64,000 nucleotides of DNA, from contig CAVRSU010000011.1 in the NCBI GenBank assembly GCA_963723955.1, positions 25,509 through 89,508 of the forward strand, read 5' to 3'. The DNA comes from an uncultured delta proteobacterium. Lineage in GTDB: Bacteria > Myxococcota_A > Polyangia > Fen-1088. A model generated the notes under the pieces. The model worked only from the letters and a program-made list of their open reading frames with translations, was not told the DNA's origin and searched no databases. The translations under genes were made by a program, and so were the position numbers. This document shows positions 52,160 to 61,874 of the stretch, piece by piece. How positions within the stretch are numbered: the first letter of the stretch is position 1; every line of letters begins with the position of its first letter.

Positions 52160-52729
52160 CTATCCGCGGATCGCTGACCAAGCTGATGCGATCCCGAATA
52201 GGAAGAACAGACAAGCGGCGCTGACACGCAGCCAACGTCCCTGGACCTTCGCGGCCAGCCGGCCGCCCAGGAATACCGCCAGCCCGTCGGTCGCCAGCAT
52301 GCCCAGGGTGGTTCCCAGCGTGACGGTCATGGCGCTGTGGAAGCGCGCGCCCAGCGCCACGGTGGCGAACTGGGTCTTGTCGCCCATTTCGGCCAGGAAG
52401 AACAGCACCACCGTGGTCAGCAGCGGACCGAGGCGCGTGGGTCGGTCATCCTCGTCGAGGGTGTCGGGGCGCAGGGTCCACAGCCCGAAGCCGATGAACG
52501 TGGCGGCCAGGATTCCGGCCATGGCTCTCGCGGGAATGTGCGCGGAAATCCAAACTCCGACGGAGGAAGCCAGTGCATGGTTGGCCAGCGTGGCCAGCAG
52601 GATGCCGGCCATGACCGTCCACGGACGACGGTATTTGCTGGCCAACGAGAACGCCAAGAGCTGGGTCTTGTCTCCCATTTCGCTGGCCGCGACCAGAGTG
52701 AAGCTGCTGAAGACCGCTTCCCAGCTCAT
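52160..52729 (-). CDS. GDT1/UPF0016 (TMEM165) Mn2+/Ca2+ transporter
   Basis: Two EMGDKTQ motifs. Confidence 0.93.
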   Translation of the reverse strand: MSWEAVFSSFTLVAASEMGDKTQLLAFSLASKYRRPWTVMAGILLATLANHALASSVGVWISAHIPARAMAGILAATFIGFGLWTLRPDTLDEDDRPTRLGPLLTTVVLFFLAEMGDKTQFATVALGARFHSAMTVTLGTTLGMLATDGLAVFLGGRLAAKVQGRWLRVSAACLFFLFGIASAWSAIRG

Positions 52730-52776
52730 TTTGTTGAAAGTCTATCCGACGGTGTTGGGGCGTGCCTGACCAAACT

Positions 52777-54060
52777 TTAGTACCAGGCCAAGGCCCGTGG
52801 CGGAAGGCTCTGCGATGGATTGGCATTGACCGTCTTGCTTGACGTGAAGACGCCCGCGGCAAAGTCGAACACTCGCAGAAACGCTGGCGTCTTCGTGGTT
52901 CCGTCGGTCAGCAGAACGCGGCTCGTCTCGACATCGGCCAGAACCGCGCCAAGCACGAAGGACTCGGTGGACTCGAAGACTTTGCTCGGCAGGGTGCCGT
53001 TAAGGGGCAGCGACCACAATCGATCCGGCGGCAGGTGCGATGGGTTGCCGTTGGTCACGGCGAGGGCAGTGTTACCATCCAATGTCGCAACCGTCGCATT
53101 CGTAAAAGGAAGTCCTCCGACGGCCGCTGCGGCTATCTGGGCAATCACGACGGCGGGCGAGACAGCAAGGTCGATGACCACGATAGCCGAGCTGTCCGCT
53201 TGCTGCGGTCCATCGCTGTAGGCGCCTCCGCAAGCAACCACGAGCTTCCTTTCCGTGGCAAGGTAGGTCATCGCACCGCAGTTCTTCGCTCCTGGCAAGT
53301 CGATGGTGCCCAAAACGTGATCGGTGACCGGATCCACCATGACGATGCGGCCCGTGCCGTAGGTCATGTAGTCCAGGCTGATGGCGTTCAAGGAAACGAA
53401 GACCTTTCCCTCGGCCAGGAGAGCGCGATCCGCGCGCGGCAGGACACCGACGGGGGTGTAGGGTTTGAGGTCGATGTGGCCAAGTATCTTGGTCTGGGTA
53501 GGATCGATGATGAGCACGTCGTCGCCGTCGTCGAAATCATTTGGGTCCGGCGTGGCTGCGCCATTCTCTGCGTAGCGCGTGACATAGGCCTTGCTTGCCG
53601 ACAGTACGACCACGTCGTGCGGATCGGAATCAAAGCCCGTGCCCACTGCAAGTTGGCGCAGGAATGTGCAGGTCGTCGGGTCTAGCCAGGTCAAGGAATT
53701 GTAGCCCACGCCTCGGTCGATGATCACCACAGGACCGCCCGGCGTTACTTGCGTGGGCAGCACGACGTCGGAGGATAGTTTCGGGGTGCTGAAGCAACCG
53801 TCGACAACGAGATTGCCATCGCGGTCGAGGAACGAAATTGAGGTTGTGTCGAGATTGTTGCTGTTCACAACGGCGATCCCGCTCGGTGAGCCGCCCGCCC
53901 CGTCCGCGGAGGAATCAACCGACTCGGTGCCGGGCGCCACCTCGGAGACCGAGGCGTCCGCCACCGGCGCTCCGGTGTCGCTGCCGCAAGCGCCCAGGCC
54001 GTAGCAAGCCAAGAGTGCGATGCCATAGATGGAAGTTGCCCAATGACGTCTCATGTCCAT
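52777..54060 (-). CDS. Beta-propeller-like surface lipoprotein of the B12-uptake operon
   Basis: Lipobox LGAC; DPHDVVVLSASKAYVTRY and IIDPT..GHIDL; directly downstream of the TonB-dependent receptor. Confidence 0.7.
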   Translation of the reverse strand: MDMRRHWATSIYGIALLACYGLGACGSDTGAPVADASVSEVAPGTESVDSSADGAGGSPSGIAVVNSNNLDTTSISFLDRDGNLVVDGCFSTPKLSSDVVLPTQVTPGGPVVIIDRGVGYNSLTWLDPTTCTFLRQLAVGTGFDSDPHDVVVLSASKAYVTRYAENGAATPDPNDFDDGDDVLIIDPTQTKILGHIDLKPYTPVGVLPRADRALLAEGKVFVSLNAISLDYMTYGTGRIVMVDPVTDHVLGTIDLPGAKNCGAMTYLATERKLVVACGGAYSDGPQQADSSAIVVIDLAVSPAVVIAQIAAAAVGGLPFTNATVATLDGNTALAVTNGNPSHLPPDRLWSLPLNGTLPSKVFESTESFVLGAVLADVETSRVLLTDGTTKTPAFLRVFDFAAGVFTSSKTVNANPSQSLPPRALAWY

Positions 54061-56129
54061 TATTCCTTTGGTTTGTTGTTTGCAGAGGACCACGCGAGTG
54101 TCAGATAGATCTCGCGTCCTGGTAATGGGTAGTTGGCCAAATCGTTGATAGGGGAATTGCCGAGGTTCTGTCCGCTTACGCGAAGAGAAAAATGGCCGGG
54201 AAGCTCGGCGTAGGTGCCGGCTCCGACCAGAAATCGCGCCGGAACCCGATCCGTATTGGTTACGTTGCGATAGTTGCCGGCGGTGGTATCCAGCTCGACA
54301 TAGCATCCGAGCGCGACGCGCGTCCCGATCTGCACCGCACGCCATTCTGGACGGGCGTAAAAGCGATAGCGCGGCCTCAGAGGCAATTGCTTGCCGTTCT
54401 GCGCTTCCACCGGCGATGTGTCGCGGGCGTCGGTGAAGGTTCCTGCGGCCACCACGCGCGCATGGCGGCCGAATTCCAGCGTGGCCTCGCTCTCGACGCC
54501 CAGGATACGCGCGCTGCCGAGATTCTGCGGTCTGGCCCGGCCGGCGCCGACGTATTGGTATTGGATGAGGTCGCTCACCAGGCTGGCGAAGGCCGCGGTG
54601 GACCAAAGAACCTTGCTTGATCCGCGCTTCCAGGAAACCAGCGATCCAGTATCGGCGTTGAAGCCCGTTTCCGGCTTGAGCGTGGGATCGCCAAGCAAGT
54701 AACCGGTGTTGCCGTAAAGCTCGATGGTCGAGGGCAGGCGTGCATAGCGCCCGCCGTTCGCGCGCAGGGTGAGCCAGCCTGACAGCTGCTTTGCCAGCGA
54801 CAGTCGCGCGATGGGCAAGACGTGGTTGACAGGGCCCGAGGTGGGCAGGAACTGGTCGAAAGAGTTACGGCCCGAGGTTTCCTCGCGTGCGGCCTCCAGA
54901 CGCAACGATGCGATGATGTCGAAATGGATCGGCTGGATCCAGAAGTCGCTCTCGACGCCCGTGGCGCCGAAGAGTCGCGTGGCCGGGGCGCCGCTGGCAA
55001 CTGCATCCGCGGGGCGAAATCGATCGTAGCGGGTGTCGAAGACCCCAGACAGCGTCAGCCAAGGGCGCTCGACCCGCCGCCAATCGAGCGTACCGCCCAG
55101 GGTGTCGGTGCGATCGCTCGTTTCGGCGGGGCTGGCCGCAATCTGGTGTGCCCGGTCATCGAAATAGGTGAGGTCGCGAGTGCCGTAAGCCGTGGCCCGC
55201 AGGCGCCCACCGGGACCAAGATCCTGATGCGATTCGTAGGCGAGGATTCCCGTTGTCCGCATGGTTCCGAGGCGCGCGGTTGGGTTGGCTAGGCTCGCCT
55301 GGCCGGGCAGTCCCTGGTCTCGGCCAAAGAATAGAACCGAGGCGCTGAGTCGCCGGTCACGATCCATGTCCAGCACCGCCCGCACCGTCCCGTCGAGCTG
55401 GTGCAGATTGTTGTTGCGGCGGAGGGCGGCCTTGTCGTCGCTTGTGGTCGAGGTTGTGCCGTGCGTGTCCACATACGGGAAATCGCCGTCGCTGGTCAGG
55501 GCGTGGAGGCCGCTGTAGAGGTGAAATCGCCCACGGCGCAAGGCGCCCCGCATGCTTCCGTAGTAGGTACCAAACGATCCACCGCCGGCCTCGCTCTCGG
55601 CGCGGTTGTCCTTGGGCATCGCCGTCGTGATGGAAACCACGCCACCAATGGCCGAAGCCCCGAAGCCAATCGGGCTCATGCCGCGATAGATCTCGATGCG
55701 TTCCACATCGCCAATCGGAATAGCTCCGAGATCGACGCCGCCACCGGTAGCGGTGTTGAAGGGCACCCCATCCACGTAGACCAGCACCTGATTGGCCGTG
55801 GATCCGCGCAAGGACACCGTCCCGGTCGAGCCCATGCCGCCGAGGCGCGTGACCACTGCGCCCGCTTGCTCGGACAGAAGCTGCGGCACCGACTCCGCCG
55901 CACGCGGAGTTCGATCCTGGGTGACCACCGAACACGAGGCCGCGCTGTCCTCACGCGGGGTCTCCTCGGCTGCGGGCGTCGCTGTTACGACGGTCTCATA
56001 GGCCGGCGCGCCGCCGGCCTGCGCGAACGCCGAGCGCGGACAGAGCGCCCCGGTGCTGCAACCAAGCAGCAGGGCGAGCAGTCGGAAAGAATGTGAAGGC
56101 CGTCGGCGAGCGTGCCACGCGCTCGTCAT
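54060..56129 (-). CDS. btuB: TonB-dependent receptor, probably for cobalamin
   Basis: TonB box ETVVTA, plug SLRGS..VLVYVDG, VERIEIYRG..GGVVSI, LKPETG, YPLPGR; riboswitch upstream. Confidence 0.85.
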   Translation of the reverse strand: MTSAWHARRRPSHSFRLLALLLGCSTGALCPRSAFAQAGGAPAYETVVTATPAAEETPREDSAASCSVVTQDRTPRAAESVPQLLSEQAGAVVTRLGGMGSTGTVSLRGSTANQVLVYVDGVPFNTATGGGVDLGAIPIGDVERIEIYRGMSPIGFGASAIGGVVSITTAMPKDNRAESEAGGGSFGTYYGSMRGALRRGRFHLYSGLHALTSDGDFPYVDTHGTTSTTSDDKAALRRNNNLHQLDGTVRAVLDMDRDRRLSASVLFFGRDQGLPGQASLANPTARLGTMRTTGILAYESHQDLGPGGRLRATAYGTRDLTYFDDRAHQIAASPAETSDRTDTLGGTLDWRRVERPWLTLSGVFDTRYDRFRPADAVASGAPATRLFGATGVESDFWIQPIHFDIIASLRLEAAREETSGRNSFDQFLPTSGPVNHVLPIARLSLAKQLSGWLTLRANGGRYARLPSTIELYGNTGYLLGDPTLKPETGFNADTGSLVSWKRGSSKVLWSTAAFASLVSDLIQYQYVGAGRARPQNLGSARILGVESEATLEFGRHARVVAAGTFTDARDTSPVEAQNGKQLPLRPRYRFYARPEWRAVQIGTRVALGCYVELDTTAGNYRNVTNTDRVPARFLVGAGTYAELPGHFSLRVSGQNLGNSPINDLANYPLPGREIYLTLAWSSANNKPKE

Positions 56130-56145
56130 GGGCCGGTGTCTTTGC

Positions 56146-56182
56146 ACAAAAAAACCCCTTGCCTGCGCGAGAAAAGGGGTTG
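56146..56182 (-). terminator. Intrinsic terminator of the riboswitch expression platform
   Basis: Minus strand AACCCCTTTTCTCGCGCAGGCAAGGGGTTTTTTTG: hairpin plus U tract. Confidence 0.7.
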
Positions 56183-56227
56183 GTTCACACCAGCAGACCT
56201 TCTCCGCGGAAGGACATCGAGAGTTCG

Positions 56228-56394
56228 GCAATCGCGAGTGGATATCCTGGCTCAGGAGCGACGCGACCAAGTCGCGCGGGCGTCGGTTCTCGCCTTCCCA
56301 GGGCTTTGCCCCAGTGGCGATACGAGAACCTTCTTCTCCTTTACAGTGGCGGGACCGCGCCGGATTCACACCGGCTTCCCCATTTCGCGATGCT
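56228..56394 (-). ncRNA. Cobalamin riboswitch
   Basis: GGGAAGCCGGTGTGAATCCGGCGCGGTCCCGCCACTGT...GCCACTGGG..CTGGGAAGG...GAGCCAGGATATCC (B12 box); P1 GCATCGCGA/TCGCGATTGC. Confidence 0.93.
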
Positions 56395-56492
56395 ATTCAG
56401 TTGTCAGCGCGCACCCTAGTGAGCCGGCGCAAAGCTGTCAAGGTCAGCCGTGAATCCGTCAACAGCTTCTTGCTGGGTGGAGGTTCCCGCGT

Positions 56493-58142
56493 TCACGGAG
56501 CCGCGGGTGCCGTGCCCTCGCTGGCCGTGCCGGTCATTTCGCGCAAGAGGGACAGAATGCGCTCGGCCACTTCTGGCCTGCCCTCCGTGGTGAACCGGCG
56601 AAGCATGCTGGTCGCTGCGTCGCGATCCACCTGGAAGGCGCGCGCCAGGGCGTACTTGGCTTCACGGGCACGGCCTTCCTGGTCGTAGCACACACCAAGA
56701 TTGAGCCAGGCTTCTACATAGTCCGGGCGATGCGCGACCACCGACTCGAAGAGGGCACGGGCCTGCAGCATGTGACCGCTTGTTCCGAGTTGAGTGGCCA
56801 GGCTGTACTCGGCGTCCGGGTTCATCCGAGTGTCCATGGGGCCTTGGCCGCGATTCGCCACGACAAAGAGAACCAAGGCGCACACGCCGGCTATTAGACG
56901 TTGTCTTTTGTCAGCTCCTGCCACGAACCAGCGAACCGCCTGCGCTGCGAATATGAGGAGGAAGGGAACCAGGACCATTCTGTAGCGCGCGGTCACGAAG
57001 AAGGCCATGATCGTGAGTGATAGGGCAAGCACCAGCGCGGCCAGAAATCGGGCACGCCGCCAGCCGACCCACAGTCCCACGGCGGCAAGCGGCAGCAACA
57101 GCCCGAAGGGAAACGCGAGGAAAGGCATTTTCCACAGAAGCAAACGGAGAATGGGCGACTCCAGGCGGGCCGGGTAGATGGCTTGGTTGCGGAAGATTTC
57201 GTCGCCGGAAATCAACTGCCTGAACTTGTGCGCTTGCAAGCGCGCGAACGCCCACGGTTCTGCCGCCGCCCACGCGAGCGATTTGTGGACGAAGTAGCGC
57301 GAGGAGGCCGCCTGGCCGTTCACGCCGGCGCGCGCCGGCTCTTGGGTGAGGCGTTGCCATTCGACGTCCGGCCGAATGCCCACCATTTGGTCGTACCTGG
57401 GATTGTTGCCGATCCAGAAGTTGATGCCGCCATTCGACGAGAGAGGGATGAGCTCGTGTCCATGGATGAAGTTGCGGGCCGTCACCGGCGCGATGGCGAG
57501 CGCTATCCCCAGCAGCACCCACGGAGCGCGTTTGCGCGCGACGACGGCGGCGAGAACCGGCACGACCAGGGACGTGGCAACGATGGTTCCCGAAAGTCCA
57601 CCTAGCACCCCCGTGCAAACCCATGCTGCGCGCCGGTTGGTCTGCGCGGCCAACACGGCTGCGATCACCGTGGCTAGGATCGCGAGAATGGCCAGCGTAG
57701 GGGTGAGCAATTCCCCGTCGAAGTAGATGAGCATGCCGTAGACGGCCGCTGCGGCGCCGCTGGCTATGCCGACTGCACGCCCGAAGAAGCGTCCGCCCAA
57801 CCAGGCGACAAGCACGACGTTCACTGCGCCCAAGTAGGCCTGCACCAGCCGCGGCGCCAGAAAGGAATCTCCCGCCAGCCACCAGATTGCGCCAAGGAAA
57901 CAGGGATAGCCGGGCGGATGCCAGAAAATGGCTTCGGGGTAGCCATGGCTCCGCGCAAGGGCCCATCCAATGATTGCGTAGTCGCCCGCGTCCACGACGG
58001 GATGGGTGAAGTAGGGGCTGGCGGTCATGGCCAGGACATGGACGAGTCGAATCACCAGCGCGCAGGCGAATAGAATGCCCAGGCTGCGCCCTGAAACAGG
58101 ATTGGCGAGGGCGGTTCGCAGGCTTCGCAGCGCCTGTCTCAT
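56493..58142 (-). CDS. GT-C (PMT/ArnT-like) membrane glycosyltransferase with C-terminal TPR
   Basis: VDAGDY, HPPGYP, SNGGINFWIGNNP, many TM segments, TPR PDYVEAWLNLG. Confidence 0.82.
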   Translation of the reverse strand: MRQALRSLRTALANPVSGRSLGILFACALVIRLVHVLAMTASPYFTHPVVDAGDYAIIGWALARSHGYPEAIFWHPPGYPCFLGAIWWLAGDSFLAPRLVQAYLGAVNVVLVAWLGGRFFGRAVGIASGAAAAVYGMLIYFDGELLTPTLAILAILATVIAAVLAAQTNRRAAWVCTGVLGGLSGTIVATSLVVPVLAAVVARKRAPWVLLGIALAIAPVTARNFIHGHELIPLSSNGGINFWIGNNPRYDQMVGIRPDVEWQRLTQEPARAGVNGQAASSRYFVHKSLAWAAAEPWAFARLQAHKFRQLISGDEIFRNQAIYPARLESPILRLLLWKMPFLAFPFGLLLPLAAVGLWVGWRRARFLAALVLALSLTIMAFFVTARYRMVLVPFLLIFAAQAVRWFVAGADKRQRLIAGVCALVLFVVANRGQGPMDTRMNPDAEYSLATQLGTSGHMLQARALFESVVAHRPDYVEAWLNLGVCYDQEGRAREAKYALARAFQVDRDAATSMLRRFTTEGRPEVAERILSLLREMTGTASEGTAPAAP

Positions 58143-58149
58143 GGGTCGG

Positions 58150-59031
58150 TTACGGCGCGTGCGTGGGCTGTCCCGCTGGGGCAAGTCCTGGAGCGCTGCC
58201 CTGCATGTAGTCCTCGATCACCTTGCGCACGTTGGCGTCCTTGGGCACGACCGAGATCTCGATGCGGCGGTTCTGCTGGTAGGCCGCCTCGGTCTGCTCG
58301 CGGTTGACGGGACGGAACTTCGAGTAGGCGCTGGCGGCGAAGTAGCTGCCGTAGGTGTCGGCCAGCGTCTTGTTGGTTTGGAAGATGTAGTCGAGCACGG
58401 CGGTGGCGCGCTTGGCCGAGAGATCCCAGTTGAAGGTGGCCGAGCCGCGCTCGTCGGTGTGCCCCTGGATGACGATGGTGTCGATGTTCTCGCGCACCGT
58501 CTCGTCGGCGAGGAGATTGCCAAGCGCCTTGGCCAGCGAATCGAGGAAGGGCTTGGCCTGCTTCTTGATCGAATGCGAGTTGTACTCGAAGACCAGGCTC
58601 TCGTTGACCGCGATGTCGCCGTTGTCGCCGATGGTGACGATCTGTCCGCTGTCCGAGCTGCCGCGCCCGAGCTGGGCCTCGATGGCGGTCTTCAACTTCT
58701 CGAGCACGGAGACGCGTAGGACCGCGATGCTCTGCAGTTGGGCTCGCAAATTGCCGAGTTGGCGATTGCTGTCGGCCACCACCGCCTGCTGATCCTGCAA
58801 ACGGCGTTGGGAGGCCGCAAGCTCGGCCCGGCCAGCTTGAACCTCGGCCTGCACGGATCTGAGCTGGCGCTCCGAGGCGGCGATTCGCTGCTGGAAATCG
58901 TTCAGGCGCTTTTCGCTGATCAGATTCTTGACGTAGGCGAGCAGCACGAGGACGAACATGATGAGCGCCATGGTCGACATGACGTCCGTGAACGCGGGCC
59001 AGATCTCGCGCGTGCTGTCGTGATCGGACAT
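58150..59031 (-). CDS. MotB/ZorB-like protein (TM with Asp, coiled coil, OmpA domain)
   Basis: WPAFTDVMS TM segment, coiled coil, IQGHTD..NWDLSAKRA..NRRIEI. Confidence 0.85.
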   Translation of the reverse strand: MSDHDSTREIWPAFTDVMSTMALIMFVLVLLAYVKNLISEKRLNDFQQRIAASERQLRSVQAEVQAGRAELAASQRRLQDQQAVVADSNRQLGNLRAQLQSIAVLRVSVLEKLKTAIEAQLGRGSSDSGQIVTIGDNGDIAVNESLVFEYNSHSIKKQAKPFLDSLAKALGNLLADETVRENIDTIVIQGHTDERGSATFNWDLSAKRATAVLDYIFQTNKTLADTYGSYFAASAYSKFRPVNREQTEAAYQQNRRIEISVVPKDANVRKVIEDYMQGSAPGLAPAGQPTHAP

Positions 59032-59063
59032 GAGCGGTCGTCGGGAGCGCACGAGTCGTCCCC

Positions 59064-59923
59064 CTAGACCTTGCGGCCGGAACCAAAAGTTGCGAGCTGG
59101 GTCTTCAGAGCATCTCTCATGTCGGCGAAGGTCAGGCTCAGCCGCTGCACATTGTCCTTGAGGTGCGCGTTGAATTCGTGAAAGTCCTTGGTCGTGCTGG
59201 CGAAGCCTTGCAAGGAGGATTCGAAGCGTGCGATGGCGCCGTCGAGGAGTGCGATGGCGGGGCCGAGGGCCGTCATGTCGGCAGAGCTGCCGACGCCCGG
59301 CCGCTGCGCGCAGATGCGGTCGAGGTAGGTCTCGATCTGGACCATGACTGCTGTTCGCCGGTCAGACACATTCGAAAGGATTCCGAGCACGGTAAGTATG
59401 ACCGCGGACAGGATGCCGACGAGCGAGTTCGAGAAGGCCACCGCCATGCCGGATAGGGCGTTGGTCAGGCCCTGGCTCACCCCTTGGGCCACGTCGGTGG
59501 CGCCCGTGGTCTCGGCGCCGACCAGATGAACGATCTTTCCGATCGAAAGCGTGAGCCCGTAGAAGGTGCCGAGCAGACCCAGGATGATGACCAAGCCGGT
59601 GGCCGAGCGGATGAAGCGTTCGGCAAGCAGCATGGGGCGAAGATCGGATTGAAAGCAGCTCATCAATGATGGCTTGAGCATTGACCTCTCGCGACCTCCT
59701 CGCCGCATCGGTGGCGTCGCGCACGATGTGCCTGAGCACAGGATGCGAAAAGGCCGCCTCGCCATCGGGCGCGTGGCGGAGTTCTTTCTCCAAGGCCGCG
59801 TAGCGAGCGCGCAGCCAGAAGTTGGTCGACGATGCCCAGCACGAGCGCGGTGACCGTCGTGGCAAGGATGGCTAGACCTGTGGAATCGATGAGCGACAGC
59901 CCACCGAGCATTGTGTTTGTCAT
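59064..59923 (-). CDS. MotA/ExbB/ZorA-like proton-channel protein; two apparent +1 frameshifts (~59827, ~59657)
   Basis: LGLLGTFYG and GMAVAFSNSLVG; three overlapping frames join into about 285 aa with a short helical tail. Confidence 0.8.
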
Positions 59924-60038
59924 GCAGCGTCCTCTCGCAATGTCCTCTTGGCGCGAATCATCGTCGTTTTCCCTCCCCATGGGTATGGGAAAACGTCCTG
60001 GTCGGCGCAAGACAGGTCTTCAGACGTCGCGAGGCGGC

Positions 60039-61325
60039 CTAAGACGGAACTTCGTCGCCGAGGTGGATGTCCACGCAAACCACGTAGGACTCTCCCGTAG
60101 AAAGGCTCACCCGATTCGAGATGGTGACGCAAACATTGCCCGTGGCGACCGAAACATAGGGCCGGGTCACGTAATGGCGCTGGTTCTTGCCGAGGTACAT
60201 GAAATAGTCCTTGGCGCTTTGGTTGCCCCCTGCGGGCGCTGGCCCGAAGAGAGCCGTTCGCTTGCGTTGGTTGCACGATGGACTGAACACGGTTCGCGTG
60301 ATTTGGCGACCCGACTCGTGGATGACGTAGGCGCATTCGGCGGAGGGGAAACGCTTGAGCGCGTGTTCGAGCATGGTCTCGTACTGGGCAGGATCGCTCA
60401 TCTCCACCACGGCGGTGATCCGGCTGGCGATGTCGTTGTAGCTCTTGTACATCAGTTTCCGCTGGGTGAATCTTTGCACCAGGTGCTCTGTCAGAATCGA
60501 GCGCAGTCGGCTGGCGTAGTCGAGCCCACTCTCCAAGCAGGTTCGCGCGGGTAGTTGCGGATGAGCAAAATAGTAGCCTTGTACGAGATCCGCGCCGCGC
60601 TCCAAACACGAAAGAGCTTCGGCCTCGGTCTCGATACCTTCCACGATGACGAAAACGCCAATCCGGTGGGCCAATTTGATGAAGAAATCGAACACTTCCT
60701 GCTTGTGGTATTCCTGATCGATATTCTGAATCAGCGATCGATCGAGCTTGATGATGTCTGGCTTGATACTCGGGATGCGCTCGAGGTTGGAATGGCCGGC
60801 ACCCATGTCGTCGAGAGCAATGAGAAATCCACGTTTGCGGTGATTGGCGATGAAGCGTTGCAATGCCGACGCGTCGTTGATTTTGGATTCGATGATTTCG
60901 ATAGCCACGCGCTCGGAGGGAATGCCGTATTCCTCTGTGAGCTTGATAAGGGCGTTTGACTCGACAGCTGAACGGCTGAGATTGGACACATCGACATTGA
61001 TAAACAGAATGAGCTCGGGATCGAGCCCCGCCAGCGAGGCGAAGCCCGAGATCGCGGATTCCCTGCACAGGCGGTCCAGTTGCAGCGATTGTTTGTGCCG
61101 GCTCGCCGCATCGAAAAGGTAGTTGGGCGAAATCGGCTTTCCGCCGTTGGGGTTGGTCGCGCGAACAAGCGCCTCAAGTCCAATCACTCGCTTTTCGCGA
61201 ATGGAGATGATCGGCTGAAAGTGGCTCAACATGCTGCGGGCCTGTAGCACGGCGTGAATGTCGAACTCCGCATCGACGATGCGAGCCCGCTCTGCGCTGG
61301 ATTCAACGTCTTCTGAAGGCGTCAT
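60039..61325 (-). CDS. EAL c-di-GMP phosphodiesterase with a YkuI_C-like domain
   Basis: FQPI, EAL, LFIN, DDMGAG, IKLD, EGIE, QGYY; C-terminal TRPYVSVATGNVCVTIS. Confidence 0.92.
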   Translation of the reverse strand: MTPSEDVESSAERARIVDAEFDIHAVLQARSMLSHFQPIISIREKRVIGLEALVRATNPNGGKPISPNYLFDAASRHKQSLQLDRLCRESAISGFASLAGLDPELILFINVDVSNLSRSAVESNALIKLTEEYGIPSERVAIEIIESKINDASALQRFIANHRKRGFLIALDDMGAGHSNLERIPSIKPDIIKLDRSLIQNIDQEYHKQEVFDFFIKLAHRIGVFVIVEGIETEAEALSCLERGADLVQGYYFAHPQLPARTCLESGLDYASRLRSILTEHLVQRFTQRKLMYKSYNDIASRITAVVEMSDPAQYETMLEHALKRFPSAECAYVIHESGRQITRTVFSPSCNQRKRTALFGPAPAGGNQSAKDYFMYLGKNQRHYVTRPYVSVATGNVCVTISNRVSLSTGESYVVCVDIHLGDEVPS

Positions 61326-61874
61326 GGTAGGCCTAACCTTGGTCGTGCATGAGTTGCTATTGAGGCATGTGCACGCATGCCCTGTTACTCACAATCGTGA
61401 CGCACACAAAAGGATTCAATTGCCACGGATCTCTTGCCCATGTGCCCGGTGGATGTTCTATCTGGGTGGGCCGAGCCCCAAAATGATACGGCAATCATCA
61501 AGAAGTGGGTAGGGGCGACAACACATTTTTCAGCGATTGCCAGACGCGTAACTACCTTGTTGCGCGATTGTTGTTGACGCGTTCAATGGTGGCACTTTGT
61601 TGGTACCAGCAATCAACTGTGACAATCGGCGGCGTTCCCAAAGTGGTCTTGCGGCATTGCGCGCTGGCATCGCATCTACGCACATCGCCTCGACTTTGGC
61701 TGTGCGCGATTATCCTGCAAAGTGGAGGAATGTGGCTTTTAGACCTGCATCGTCGTGACGGCGTGGGGCCTCTTGTTGTACGGGCGAGGCGTCAGGCGAG
61801 GCGTCGGCAGTTCGCGAGTCCCGGTTCCGTGGTACCGTGGCATCCGAGCTGGCCCTTCGCGTTGCTGCACCTCT

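Noticed and set aside
52730-52776. Possible 3' half of a yybP-ykoY riboswitch upstream of GDT1
   Set aside because: AGGCACG..GGATAGAC is suggestive, but the 5' GGGGAGTA element is missing; not supportable without a covariance search.
58150-59923. A complete Zorya defence system
   Set aside because: No zorC/D/E-like genes and a short A-subunit tail; reported only as ZorAB-like.
61330-61870. ORF 61505..61969 and an FNR-like TTGAC..TCAA site
   Set aside because: The ORF lacks motifs and overlaps the kinase start out of frame; the site spacing is one base short of an FNR box.
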